64,000 nt of DNA, taken from positions 241,419 through 305,418 of the forward strand of contig OY781872.1 of assembly GCA_963677065.1 (NCBI GenBank), in the 5' to 3' direction. This DNA is from an uncultured Methanoregula sp. (GTDB lineage: Archaea > Halobacteriota > Methanomicrobia > Methanomicrobiales > Methanospirillaceae). Below the pieces are notes generated by a model. That model was not told the origin of the DNA. It ran no database searches and saw only the letters and a program-made list of their open reading frames with translations. The position numbers were made by a program, and so were the translations under genes. Shown piece by piece: positions 44,946-55,960 of the stretch (position 1 is its first letter; every line of letters begins with the position of its first letter).

Positions 44946-45825
44946 GGGCGCACCCCACGATCCCGGCATGTTCGAGCCCGTCTTTTGCATACAGATCCTT
45001 CTTTATGGAGTCGAACACGTTCACATCCCCGTGTACAGCGCTCCCGATCTCAACGGCGGAAGCTCCTGCCATCATCATCTCGATCACATTGTCGGCCGAT
45101 GAGACGCCCCCGCAGCCGATGATCGGGACCTTGACCGCTTCGTACAGTTCGTACACGCACCGGACTGCTACCGGGAAGATGGCCGGCCCCGAAAGGCCGC
45201 CGAACCCGTGCCCCAGAACCGGCCGGCGAAGCCCGGTCGAGATCCGCATTGCTTTTACGGTGTTGATGGCGACAATCGCACCGGCGCCGCCTTTTTCGGC
45301 AGCCCTCCCGATAGCCGTGATGTCGGTCACGTTCGGGGTCAGCTTGACCCATGTCGGGACTCCGGTTTTGCTCACCGCCCGGGTGCAGGCCTCGACAAGC
45401 GCCGGATCGCTCCCGATCGCGGCACCGTACCCTTCCGCATGCGGGCAGGAGAGATTGAGTTCAAAGCCGGCAGCTTTTCCCCTGAACCAGCTGGCCACTT
45501 CCGCAAACTCCTCCGGGTTGCCGCCAAAGATGCTCACCACTACCGGTTTTTTGGCAAGACCGGTCAGCTCCTCAACAAAATCCTTCGAGGGATTGGGAAG
45601 CCCCATCGCGTTCATGAGCCCGTCTTCCAGCACCACAAGGCAGGGGCCTGCATGTCCCTCCTTCGGGGCCGGTCCTATCGACTTGGTCACAACGCCGCCG
45701 GCGCCAAGAAGCAGCATCCGCGAGAGCGATGCCCCGGTTGTCCCCAGGACCCCGGCTGCAAGCAGGAGGTGATTGTCAAGGGCGATCCCCCCCACGGTTA
45801 CCGGGCCCGGCCTGATCTGTACCAT
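44938..45825 (-). CDS. pyrD: dihydroorotate dehydrogenase (class 1B) catalytic subunit
   Basis: 295 aa TIM-barrel flavoenzyme pattern (NLSCPH, GGLSGPAIFPVA, GCGGVSSA), with pyrK downstream. Confidence 0.9.
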   Translation of the reverse strand: MVQIRPGPVTVGGIALDNHLLLAAGVLGTTGASLSRMLLLGAGGVVTKSIGPAPKEGHAGPCLVVLEDGLMNAMGLPNPSKDFVEELTGLAKKPVVVSIFGGNPEEFAEVASWFRGKAAGFELNLSCPHAEGYGAAIGSDPALVEACTRAVSKTGVPTWVKLTPNVTDITAIGRAAEKGGAGAIVAINTVKAMRISTGLRRPVLGHGFGGLSGPAIFPVAVRCVYELYEAVKVPIIGCGGVSSADNVIEMMMAGASAVEIGSAVHGDVNVFDSIKKDLYAKDGLEHAGIVGCAHG

Positions 45826-45877
45826 TCATCAGGAAATGGTTGTTAATTTATTATTAGCATACCCATACTGTAACCAG

Positions 45878-46744
45878 ATGGCGCGCCTGGCAGTTGTCGG
45901 AGTCGGAAGGATCGGGGGCGAGGTCGCATACCTTGCAGCATCGCTGGGGATTGCCGACGAACTGGTCCTGTACGACAGCGCCCGGGATCTCCTCAGGGCC
46001 CAGGTGCTCGATATCGAGCACACCGGCCTTGACATGAGCATCAGCACGGACAAGAACGATATCAGGGACGCGGATGTCTGCGTCTTCTCGGCAGGACTCC
46101 CCCGCAACCCGTCGGTCAGGACGCGGGCAGATCTTCTTGAGACCAATCTTCCGGCGCTCAGAGAATACACCGGACTCCTTGCCGGGTTTGGCGGGATCTT
46201 AGTCACCGTCACCAACCCCATGGATATCAATAATTTTTATCTCTGCAAACAGACGGGCCTTGCACGGGAGCGCTGTATCGGGTTCGGCGGCCAGCTGGAC
46301 AGCGCACGGTTCGGCATTGCGCTCCGCAACCGCTCCATCAAGGGGTTCCCGTTCGTTCTCGGGGAGCACGGGGAGCATCAGGTGCCGGTCTTCTCCCGGC
46401 TCGATGACCCGGTCGGTGAGGCGCAGCGGGAAGAGATTCTCGCGGAACTCCGGGGGGCGAGCATGGAAGTCATCAAAGGCAAGGGAGGTACGGTATTCGG
46501 TCCTGCCCTTCACCTCGCCCACCTGGTGCGGATGATCCTATCCGACAAGCGGGAGCTTACGATCTGTTCCTCCGTGCTGGAAGGTGAATACGGCCTTTCC
46601 GGTTGCTCGCTTGGCGTACCGGCGCGGATCGGGCGGAGGGGCATTTGTGCAATCGAAGAGTGGCCGCTCGATTCCTGGGAGCAGAAGAAGATGGACGAGG
46701 CGGGATCCTTTGCCTGCAAACTTTCCCGGCACGCGGTGTCCTGA
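45878..46744 (+). CDS. mdh: malate/L-lactate dehydrogenase family enzyme (probable malate dehydrogenase)
   Basis: The ATG at 45878 gives 288 aa. Rossmann fold LAVVGVGRIGG, plus VTNPMD and GEHGEHQVP. Confidence 0.85.
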   Translation: MARLAVVGVGRIGGEVAYLAASLGIADELVLYDSARDLLRAQVLDIEHTGLDMSISTDKNDIRDADVCVFSAGLPRNPSVRTRADLLETNLPALREYTGLLAGFGGILVTVTNPMDINNFYLCKQTGLARERCIGFGGQLDSARFGIALRNRSIKGFPFVLGEHGEHQVPVFSRLDDPVGEAQREEILAELRGASMEVIKGKGGTVFGPALHLAHLVRMILSDKRELTICSSVLEGEYGLSGCSLGVPARIGRRGICAIEEWPLDSWEQKKMDEAGSFACKLSRHAVS

Positions 46745-46745
46745 T

Positions 46746-49211
46746 ATGGCGCCGGGAACAGAATGTGCGAACACAGCGCTCGACAGCACCCGCACGCTCG
46801 ACTCGTTCTGCGGTCTCCGGATTGCAATCAACCAGGTGGAGTACAGCAATTCGCCGGATGGCCCGGTCATCCACATATTCGGGAGGGATACATCGGGAAA
46901 GGCCAGGCGGCTGGACATCACGGGTTTTCGTCCGTACTTTTATGTTGCGGCCGAGCAGGCTGAGACACTCCCCCTTCCCCCGCAGGCGGATCTTGAGACG
47001 GGGACCAGTTACCGCTCGATCCGGAACGAACCGCTCCGCCGGATCTACACCCAGCGGCCGGGCGATGTCCGGGACGTGCGGGAGCGCTACCGGCATTTCG
47101 AGGCCGATATCCCGTTTGCCACCCGGTTCATGATCGACTCCGGGCTCACCGGGGGCGTGACCGTCCCGCAGGAGACCGCGGACTTCCATGAGATATCCCC
47201 GGCCGATGTCGATGCCCCGGCCCGGAACTGCATCATCGATATCGAGTGCGAGGACGAGCGGGGCTTTCCCGATTCCCAGCGCGACAAGATCACCTGCATC
47301 ACCTGTTTCGATTCCTTTGACGAAGACTACACAACATTCCTGCTGGCAGACGGAATGCCGGGCGATCTCACCGGCAGGCTGGGCGGGGATGGCCTGGAGA
47401 ACGGATGCTTCCGGAAAGGAACCCACACGATCTGCCCGTACGCGGACGAGACCGAGATGCTCCGGGCGTTCTCGGCCTACATCATTGCCCGCGACCCGGA
47501 TGTTCTCTCGGGCTGGAACTTCGTGGACTTCGATATGCCCTACATCACCGGCCGGATGGAGCGGCTCGGACTCCGGCCGGACTCGCTGGCCCGGATCCCG
47601 GGGCAGACCGAGAGAAACGCCCTGCGTGGCCGGGCGCTCTTCGATCTCCTGACCGCATACAAGAAGATGCATTCCTCGCTCAAGGAATCGTACCGTCTCG
47701 ATGCGATCGCCATGGAGGAGCTGGGCGAGCAGAAAGTCCGCTACACCGGCACCGTCTCCGATCTCTGGAAGAAGAATCCGGCGCTCTTTGTCGAGTACAA
47801 TTTCAAGGACGTGGAGCTCTGCGTCAAGATCAACAAGAAAGACAACATCATCGGGTTCTACCGCGAGATCGCCCGGTACGTGGGCTGCCCGCTCGACCGG
47901 ACCCTGAACTCCTCGAACGTGATCGATATCTATGTCCTGAAAAAGGCGTTCGGCAAGTACGTGCTGCCCTCCAAGGGTTTTGCCAATGCCGAGGAGTTCG
48001 AAGGCGCAACCGTCTTCGAGCCGAGCAGGGGTGTCCGCGAGAACGTGGTAGTGCTCGATCTGAAATCCCTCTACCCGATGGCGATGATGACAATCAATGC
48101 CTCGATGGAGACCAAAGATCCAAATGGCGAGCTCCATGCCCCGAACGGGATCCGGTTCCGGAAAGAGCCGGACGGTTTGACAAGGAGCATCATCGCCGAT
48201 CTCCTCAAGGAGCGGGACGAGAAGAAGCGCCTGCGCAACACGTTTGCCTTCGGTTCGCCCGAGTACCTGATGTACGACATGCAGCAGAACGTGCTGAAAG
48301 TGATCATGAACACGTATTACGGGGTTTCGGGATACGTGCGGTTCCGTCTCTTCGACCGGGAGATCGGATCGGCCGTGACCTCGGTGGGCCGGGCGATCAT
48401 CGAGCACACAAGGCGCACGATCGAGGCGCAGGGCTACAAGGTAATTTACGGCGACACGGACTCCTGCATGATCCAGCTCCCACCGGTCGACCGGGAGAAG
48501 ACGATCGAGCTGGCCCGCTCCATCGAGAAGACGCTCAACGCAAGTTACTCGGAGTTTGCAAAAGCCGAGCTGAACGCAGATGTGCACTTCTTCTCCATCA
48601 AGTTCGAGAAGATCTATGCCCGGTTCTTCCAGGCCGGAAAAAAGAAGCGCTATGCTGGATCGCTCGTCTGGAAAGAAGGAAAAGAAGTCAGCGAGACCGA
48701 TATCGTCGGGTTCGAGATAAAACGGAGCGACACGCCCCAGATCACAAAAATTGTCCAGATGCGGGTGATGGAGATGATCCTGGCCGGGGAAGAGTATTCC
48801 GTGATCAAGACGCTCCTGTCGGATGTGATCAAAAAATACCGGGCCGGCAAGTACACGCTTGACGAGATCGGTATCCCCGGCGGCATCGGGAAAGCGCTTG
48901 ACGATTACGAGTCCGACGATGCCCAGGTCCGGGGTGCAAAATATGCCAACGAATATCTCCACACGGAGTTTGGCAAAGGCAGCAAACCGAAGCGGATCTA
49001 CATCAAGACCGTGACTGCGAAATATCCCAAGACCGATGTCCTCTGCTTCGAATATGCCGACCAGGTACCAAAAGAGTTTGTCGTGGACTGGGAGCTGATG
49101 CTCGAGAAGACCATCAAGCAGCCCATCTCCCGGATCATCGAGTCGCTGGGATGGAACTGGGACGATCTCGATCCCACAAGGACAACGTTAGCTCAGTGGG
49201 GACTGGGGTAA
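46746..49211 (+). CDS. polB: family B DNA polymerase
   Basis: The ATG at 46746 lies 1 nt after the mdh stop and gives 821 aa. Exo I IIDIECE. Polymerase motifs DLKSLYPMAMM and IYGDTDS. No intein-sized insertion. Confidence 0.9.
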   Translation: MAPGTECANTALDSTRTLDSFCGLRIAINQVEYSNSPDGPVIHIFGRDTSGKARRLDITGFRPYFYVAAEQAETLPLPPQADLETGTSYRSIRNEPLRRIYTQRPGDVRDVRERYRHFEADIPFATRFMIDSGLTGGVTVPQETADFHEISPADVDAPARNCIIDIECEDERGFPDSQRDKITCITCFDSFDEDYTTFLLADGMPGDLTGRLGGDGLENGCFRKGTHTICPYADETEMLRAFSAYIIARDPDVLSGWNFVDFDMPYITGRMERLGLRPDSLARIPGQTERNALRGRALFDLLTAYKKMHSSLKESYRLDAIAMEELGEQKVRYTGTVSDLWKKNPALFVEYNFKDVELCVKINKKDNIIGFYREIARYVGCPLDRTLNSSNVIDIYVLKKAFGKYVLPSKGFANAEEFEGATVFEPSRGVRENVVVLDLKSLYPMAMMTINASMETKDPNGELHAPNGIRFRKEPDGLTRSIIADLLKERDEKKRLRNTFAFGSPEYLMYDMQQNVLKVIMNTYYGVSGYVRFRLFDREIGSAVTSVGRAIIEHTRRTIEAQGYKVIYGDTDSCMIQLPPVDREKTIELARSIEKTLNASYSEFAKAELNADVHFFSIKFEKIYARFFQAGKKKRYAGSLVWKEGKEVSETDIVGFEIKRSDTPQITKIVQMRVMEMILAGEEYSVIKTLLSDVIKKYRAGKYTLDEIGIPGGIGKALDDYESDDAQVRGAKYANEYLHTEFGKGSKPKRIYIKTVTAKYPKTDVLCFEYADQVPKEFVVDWELMLEKTIKQPISRIIESLGWNWDDLDPTRTTLAQWGLG

Positions 49212-49219
49212 TAGAGCCG

Positions 49220-49228
49220 TTTTTTTTT
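49220..49228 (+). terminator. T9 run directly after polB
   Basis: TTTTTTTTT begins 9 nt after the stop codon. Confidence 0.5.
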
Positions 49229-50092
49229 AAATATTCTTGAGAAAACCTGCGAAGATTAAAGACGATTGACCCGGCAGGAATTTTTCCACGGATACGAACA
49301 TTGGTACCGATCTTCTCCGGACCAGCAGTACACAAAAATCCATTGAGTTACCCGACTATCGGGTTGTCAATATCCGGGGGAAGTCTGGTGCTGCTTCCGG
49401 ACGGTGCCGGCCTGCCGGCTCCCGCAAACGGAGCGATCCCCACTCCCGTAGGTCCCGCCGCAGGGGGGTAATTGGTGAGTTCGCTTTTGCAGGTTGTGGG
49501 GGGTGAACCCCCCATATCCAGGAGACCGGGGAATCCGGGCTCGTGTCAGGCTCCGTTTATCCTTTTTTATTGGATCGTGACCGGAGAGTTTCGGCCTTTT
49601 TCGGAGGTAGTTTCCCGAAAATCGTGCTATCGTACCGGATTGGTAAACCAGGGGTTTTGCGCTGAGAATAACCGGAGAATGTATAATTGTTACAGCAGCG
49701 ATGGAGGTCAAAAAGCCTAGTTCTGGATAGGGAGGGAAAAGGGCCAAAAAACGGGGTATGGGGGATCTATCGATTCGTCAGCCAGCCAGAATTTTCAGAT
49801 ATTGCGATGAACGCCGCCGCCCCCGACGGGGCGCCCCCGCGGCGGATCGATTACCTGCCAGCACAAAAAAAAGAATTGCCTTGCCACAACACGTGTTATC
49901 CTGCCGTTAGATATCATCGGCACCGGTGCAGAAGAAAATCGCCGGGGGTCACGGGGACGCTCCCCTTGGGATGCCTCCCCCTTTGGGGGAGCGAGGGGGT
50001 CACCCTCGCACCTTATTGGCACTACACAACAAGCGCAGAATTAACAGGAAGAAAAATTTGTTGCAGTCAAACACTCAGTGATCCAAACCGGC

Positions 50093-52021
50093 TCATCCAA
50101 GCCTCGCATGCAGCTGCTTGATCTGTTCCCGCAGGGCAATCGCCCGCTCGAAGTCGAGCCGCCCGGCCGCATCCTGCATCTCTTTTTCAAGTTCGATGAC
50201 AACGTTCGGGATCTCGTTCTTCGGCACATGCTTGGTATCGGTGATCTCGACTTCTTTCTCCTTGACCGGTTTTATGATGGTCTGCGGCACGATGTTGTGC
50301 TTTTTGTTGAACGCCACCTGCAGGGTGCGCCGCCGTTTCGTCTCGGCAATTGCCCGCTTCATCGAATCGGTCATGGTGTCGGCATAGAGCACCACCTTCG
50401 AGTTCACGTTCCGGGCTGCCCGGCCTATGATCTGGATTAAACTCTTAGTATCCCGGAGGAATCCTTCCTTGTCCGCGTCCAGGATCCCGATGAACCCGAC
50501 TTCGGGGATGTCGAGCCCTTCCCGGAGCAGGTTGATCCCGACCAGCACATCGAACTTGCCAAGCCGGAGCTCGCGGATGATCTCGGTGCGCTCAAGGGTC
50601 TGGATCTCGGAGTGGAGATACCGGGTCTTGACTCCCCGGTCAGATAAAAATTCGGAGAGCTCCTCGGCGAGTTTCTTGGTGAGCGTGGTGATGAGGACCC
50701 GGTCGCCCCGCTCGATCGTCTTCTGCACCTCCCGGATAACATCGTCGGTCTGGCCTTCTATCGGCCGGACCTCGACTTCGGGATCGATAAGCCCGGTCGG
50801 GCGGATGATCTGCTCGATCGCTTTCTTCGATTTTTTAAGCTCATACTCCTGCGGAGTTGCCGAAACGAAGATCACCGAGTTCATGTACTGCTCGAACTCG
50901 TGGAACTTCAGGGGCCGGTTGTCGTACGCGCTCGGGAGCCGGAAACCATAGTCGATGAGCGACTTCTTCCGCGAGCGGTCGCCGTTGTACATGCCGTGGA
51001 GCTGGGGGATCATCTGGTGGCTCTCATCGATGATCATCAGGAAATCGTCCGGGAAATAGTCGAGCAGGCAGTAGGGTTTCTCACCCTCGCTCCGGCCATC
51101 GAAGTGCCGGGAATAGTTCTCGATGCCCTTGCAGGAGCCGGTCTCCTGGATCATCTCCAGGTCGTACCGCGTCCGCTGTTCGAGCCGGTACGATTCGACA
51201 AGACCGAGCGTTGGAAGGACTTCGGCAAGTTCCTTCTGGATCGAGGCTATTGCCGCTGCCCTTGCACTCTCTGGCGTGACGAAGTGACGGGCCGGGTAGA
51301 CATAGAAATATTTCAGCTGCTCTTTCCGGTTGCCGGTATTCTTGTCCACTTCGCTGATCCGCTCGATCTCATCGCCGAACAACTCGATCCGGATGATATC
51401 GTTGAAGTAACCGGGGATGATATCGATGGTGTCCCCCTTGACCCGGAACCGGCCCGGCATAAGTTCGAGATCGTTTCGCTCAAAGAGAATATCGAGGAGC
51501 CGGCTCATGATCTCGGTCCGCGAGATCTTCTGGCCAACCGAGAGCTCAAAGCCCATGTTCCGGAAATTCTCGGGGTTGCCGAGACCGTAGATACAGGAGA
51601 CCGAGGCTACCACGATCACGTCCCGGCGGTTCGAGAGCGATGCCGTTGCCGAGAGCCGGAGCATCTCGATCTTGGGATTGATGGCCGAGTCTTTCTCGAT
51701 ATACTGGTCTTTGGCCGGGATGTAGGACTCGGGCTGGTAGTAATCATAATAGGAGACGAAGTACTCGACCCGGTTATTCGGGAAGAAGTCGCAGAATTCC
51801 GAATAGAGCTGGGCAGCCAGCGTCTTGTTGTGCGCAAGAACGAGCGTTGGCCGGTTGGCTGCCGCAATCACGTTTGCCATCGTGAAGGTCTTGCCGGAAC
51901 CGGTGACACCGAGAAGCGTCTGGTACTGCTCGTCTCTCTTGAGCCCTTCGGTCAGTTGCCGGATCGCTTCCGGCTGGGAACCGGCCGGTGCAAAACCGGA
52001 TACGAGCTGGAATTCTGTCAC
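50093..52021 (-). CDS. uvrB: excinuclease ABC subunit B
   Basis: The GTG at 52021 gives 643 aa starting (M)TEFQLVSGFAPAGSQPEAI, the canonical UvrB N-terminus. Motifs GVTGSGKTF and IIDESH, plus the C-terminal UVR motif FERAIALREQIKQL. The ORF-track N-terminal extension to 52207 is not UvrB-like. Confidence 0.9.
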   Translation of the reverse strand: MTEFQLVSGFAPAGSQPEAIRQLTEGLKRDEQYQTLLGVTGSGKTFTMANVIAAANRPTLVLAHNKTLAAQLYSEFCDFFPNNRVEYFVSYYDYYQPESYIPAKDQYIEKDSAINPKIEMLRLSATASLSNRRDVIVVASVSCIYGLGNPENFRNMGFELSVGQKISRTEIMSRLLDILFERNDLELMPGRFRVKGDTIDIIPGYFNDIIRIELFGDEIERISEVDKNTGNRKEQLKYFYVYPARHFVTPESARAAAIASIQKELAEVLPTLGLVESYRLEQRTRYDLEMIQETGSCKGIENYSRHFDGRSEGEKPYCLLDYFPDDFLMIIDESHQMIPQLHGMYNGDRSRKKSLIDYGFRLPSAYDNRPLKFHEFEQYMNSVIFVSATPQEYELKKSKKAIEQIIRPTGLIDPEVEVRPIEGQTDDVIREVQKTIERGDRVLITTLTKKLAEELSEFLSDRGVKTRYLHSEIQTLERTEIIRELRLGKFDVLVGINLLREGLDIPEVGFIGILDADKEGFLRDTKSLIQIIGRAARNVNSKVVLYADTMTDSMKRAIAETKRRRTLQVAFNKKHNIVPQTIIKPVKEKEVEITDTKHVPKNEIPNVVIELEKEMQDAAGRLDFERAIALREQIKQLHARLG

Positions 52022-52042
52022 GATGCATAGATCTCGAATTGT

Positions 52043-52052
52043 GATATTAAAA
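52043..52052 (-). promoter_or_regulatory. TATA-box-like element placed for a leaderless uvrB transcript
   Basis: The minus strand reads CCC-TTTTAATATC, centred about 26 nt upstream of the GTG at 52021. Confidence 0.4.
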
Positions 52053-52277
52053 GGGATCGGGATGCGGCAGGAAAGTATAACGGGACCGGTTCTCTCCCGC
52101 ATCGATCCGCTCATGCGAGAATATCGCTTCAGATTTTCTCCTGTTATGATTACCCGCCAGCAAACACTGCAGAAGGGATGGTAAACGGAGCTCATTCTCA
52201 CCGACACTACCTGCTGAAGGCATTCTGTCGGTTGCAGGATCTTCGTTCCATTGATGGAAGGAAGGTTCTTACCAGTG

Positions 52278-52290
52278 AATATAAATATTT
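52278..52290 (+). promoter_or_regulatory. TATA-box-like element upstream of the small ORF and the nif region
   Basis: AATATAAATATTT lies about 40 nt upstream of the ATG at 52330, which is itself preceded by GAGGAG. Confidence 0.35.
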
Positions 52291-52329
52291 GCTAAAACAG
52301 AATGAATAGTGTAACAAAGAGGAGACCAC

Positions 52330-53528
<1,199 letters not shown>

Positions 53529-53567
53529 GGTGTACGAACAACGGACAGATCAAAGGTGTGTGTGACA

Positions 53568-53894
53568 ATGTTACTGATAAGAGCAATCGTACGGCCGGAA
53601 AAGAAAGATGAAGTGCTTGCGGAACTCTCGGGCGCGGGATTCAATGCCGCAACCATGGTCGATGTTGTGGGTCGCGGAAAGCAGAAGGGCATCAAGATCG
53701 GGGGCATGGTCTATGACGAGATCCCCAAGATCCTCATCCTCATGGTGATCCCGGACGAGGAGAAAGAAAAAGTCGTGAAGATCATCCTTGGAACCGCCCG
53801 GACCGGAACCGACGGGACGTTTGGCGATGGCAAGATCTTCGTGAGCCCGGTTGAGGAAGCGTACACCATCTCGCGGAACAGCAAAGGCCTCTAG
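53568..53894 (+). CDS. nifI1: PII-family nitrogenase switch-off regulator NifI1
   Basis: ATG at 53568, with a GTG at 53556 also in frame. MLLIRAIVRPEKKDEVLAEL...GRGKQKG...FGDGKIFV. Located between nifH and nifD. Confidence 0.9.
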   Translation: MLLIRAIVRPEKKDEVLAELSGAGFNAATMVDVVGRGKQKGIKIGGMVYDEIPKILILMVIPDEEKEKVVKIILGTARTGTDGTFGDGKIFVSPVEEAYTISRNSKGL

Positions 53895-53899
53895 AGGCG

Positions 53900-54325
53900 A
53901 TGGCAATGAAAGAGATCATGGCCATCGTGCGGATGAAAAAGACCGGCGCAACCAAAAAAGCCCTTGTCGCAACCGGCGTTGCCGGGTTCACTGCGGTAAA
54001 AGTGCTGGGCCGGGGAAAGCTGGTCACCGATCCAAAGGAGCTCGACAAATGCAGGGAGAAACTCCTTGCCATGGGACTCGACGACTTCAGCGATGCGGGA
54101 GATACCGAGAAGCTGGTCACCAGTTTCCTGGACGGGTCCAGGTTCTTCCCGCGGCGTCTCTTCACGATCCTGGCGCACGATGACGACGTGCCCCGGATTG
54201 TCGAGGCAATAACAAAAGTAAACCGGACAGAGTACGGGATTGGCGACGGCACCATCTTTGTCCTGCCGGTTGAGGATGCGGTCCGGGTCAGGACCGGTGA
54301 AGCAGGAGAAGCAGCTATCTGGTAA
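53900..54325 (+). CDS. nifI2: PII-family nitrogenase switch-off regulator NifI2
   Basis: 141 aa with a PII fold and a long T-loop insertion. IMAIVRMKKTGATKKAL...GRGK...GIGDGTIFVLPV...RVRTGE. Confidence 0.85.
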   Translation: MAMKEIMAIVRMKKTGATKKALVATGVAGFTAVKVLGRGKLVTDPKELDKCREKLLAMGLDDFSDAGDTEKLVTSFLDGSRFFPRRLFTILAHDDDVPRIVEAITKVNRTEYGIGDGTIFVLPVEDAVRVRTGEAGEAAIW

Positions 54326-54337
54326 GGAGGTGTCAGA

Positions 54338-55960
54338 ATGGCAGGAATCGATGTAACCATAGAGGAGATGCTCGAACCTTACCCGGATACCGTAAAGAAA
54401 AACCGGAAAAAGCATCTCATTGTAAAGAACGAGGCAGCGGAATGCTGCCCCCAGATCGAGGCGAACACGCGGACCATCCCCGGCATCATCTCGCAGCGCG
54501 GCTGTGCCTATGCCGGGTGCAAAGGTGTCGTGGTCGGTCCCATCAAGGACATGATCACCATCACCCACGGCCCGGTCGGCTGCGGGTACTACAGCTGGGG
54601 CACCCGCCGGAACAAGGCGCGGGCGAATGACACGACCCCAAAAGACAAGGTCTACTCCCAGCTCTGCTTCACGACCGACATGCAGGAGCCCGACATCGTC
54701 TTTGGCGGCGAAAAGAAACTCGCAAAGATGATCGACGAGGTCGTTGCAACGTTCCACCCAAGAGCTATCAACATCTGCGCAACCTGTCCCGTAGGTCTCA
54801 TCGGGGACGATATCAACGCGGTGGCAAAAGCAGCCGAGGAACGGCACGGGATCCAGGTTCTGGCCTACAACTGCGAGGGCTACAAAGGGGTCAGCCAGTC
54901 GGCAGGCCACCATATCGCAAACAACAATCTCATGGAGAAAGTGATAGGCACCGGTACCGAGAGAAAACCTGGGAAACATGTCATCAACATCCTGGGCGAG
55001 TACAACATCGGCGGCGACGGCTGGGAACTGGAGCGGATCTTAAGAGAGATCGGCTACACAGTCAACTGCGTCCTCACCGGTGACTCGAGTTATCTCGATA
55101 TCAAGAACCTGCACCTGGCCGATCTCAACCTCGTGCAGTGCCACCGCTCGATCAACTACATCGCCGAGATGATGGAGACAAAGTACGGCACGCCGTGGCT
55201 CAAGGTCAACTTCATCGGTATCGACTCAACAAACCAGTCGCTCCGGCAGATGGCGAAATGTTTCGGCGACGAAGAACTGGAGAAACAGACCGAGATCGTG
55301 ATCGAACGCGAGACCGCCCGGGTCCTGCCCGCAATGGAGCAGTACCGCAAGATCTGCACGGGCAAGACAGCGTTTGCGATTGTCGGGGGTTCCCGGAGCC
55401 ACCACTACCAGTACCTGCTCCGCGACCTCGGCATGGAGATGATAATCGCCGGCTACGAGTTCGCCCACCGCGACGATTACGAAGGCCGGCAGGTCATCCC
55501 CACCATCAAGAGCGACGCGGACAGTAAAAACATCCCCGAACTCCACCTGACCGCAGACGAGAAGATGTACCGGGAAGCCCATGTCCATCTCAACCTCTCA
55601 AAAGAGAAGTACGAGGAACTCAAGAGCCAGGTGCCGCTCAACTACTACGAAGGCATCTACCCGAACATGAAAGACGGCCAGGTCATCATCGACGACGCCA
55701 ACCACCACGAGGTCGAAGTACTGATAAAAACAGCAAAACCCGATCTCTTCCTCTCCGGCGTCAGGGACAAGTACATTGTCCACAAGATGGGAGTTGCCTC
55801 CAAACAGCTCCATGCCTATGACTACAGCGGGCCGTACGCCGGTTACAATGGGGCGCTCAACTTTGCCCGCGATGTGGCAAATGCCCTGACAACCCCGGCC
55901 TGGAACCTGATCGTACCCCCCTGGGAACAAAAGATTGAAGGAAGTGAGAACAATGCTTGA
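54338..55960 (+). CDS. nifD: nitrogenase molybdenum-iron protein alpha chain
   Basis: 540 aa with CAYAGCKGVVVGPIKDMITITHGPVGC, the cofactor Cys context QCHRSINY and the His context LHAYDYSGPYAGYNG. No G subunit lies between D and K, so this is Mo-type. Confidence 0.95.
   Translation: MAGIDVTIEEMLEPYPDTVKKNRKKHLIVKNEAAECCPQIEANTRTIPGIISQRGCAYAGCKGVVVGPIKDMITITHGPVGCGYYSWGTRRNKARANDTTPKDKVYSQLCFTTDMQEPDIVFGGEKKLAKMIDEVVATFHPRAINICATCPVGLIGDDINAVAKAAEERHGIQVLAYNCEGYKGVSQSAGHHIANNNLMEKVIGTGTERKPGKHVINILGEYNIGGDGWELERILREIGYTVNCVLTGDSSYLDIKNLHLADLNLVQCHRSINYIAEMMETKYGTPWLKVNFIGIDSTNQSLRQMAKCFGDEELEKQTEIVIERETARVLPAMEQYRKICTGKTAFAIVGGSRSHHYQYLLRDLGMEMIIAGYEFAHRDDYEGRQVIPTIKSDADSKNIPELHLTADEKMYREAHVHLNLSKEKYEELKSQVPLNYYEGIYPNMKDGQVIIDDANHHEVEVLIKTAKPDLFLSGVRDKYIVHKMGVASKQLHAYDYSGPYAGYNGALNFARDVANALTTPAWNLIVPPWEQKIEGSENNA

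Noticed and set aside
46557-48962. 801-aa ORF on the minus strand
   Set aside because: It is fully antisense to polB, whose product carries clear family-B polymerase motifs. The translation is R/G/P/D-rich with no motifs. This is the typical shadow ORF of GC-rich DNA.
49370-49570. SRP (7S) RNA or RNase P RNA
   Set aside because: Some fragments are suggestive: a GGUG-containing loop, GGGGUGAACC, GGGGGAAGUC, and GUCCGGAAGCAGCAC on the reverse strand. However, the helix-8 GGAA tetraloop with its AGCA loop context does not fold. The RNase P CR-V ACAGAA..GGCUUA partner is missing. At about 200 nt, the block is also too short for either RNA.
52022-52207. N-terminal extension of the uvrB ORF
   Set aside because: The extension has no similarity to UvrB. 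The conserved N-terminus begins at the GTG at 52021, which has a TATA-like box at leaderless distance.
53891-54979. 362-aa ORF on the minus strand inside the nif operon
   Set aside because: It is antisense to nifI2 and nifD. Shadow ORF. The same reasoning applies to 10181-11131 (antisense to amt), 24672-25574 (antisense to geranylgeranyl reductase), 17342-18019 and 18338-18991 (antisense to the decarboxylase), 35623-36576 (antisense to the RNB gene) and 42685-43818 (antisense to the kinase).
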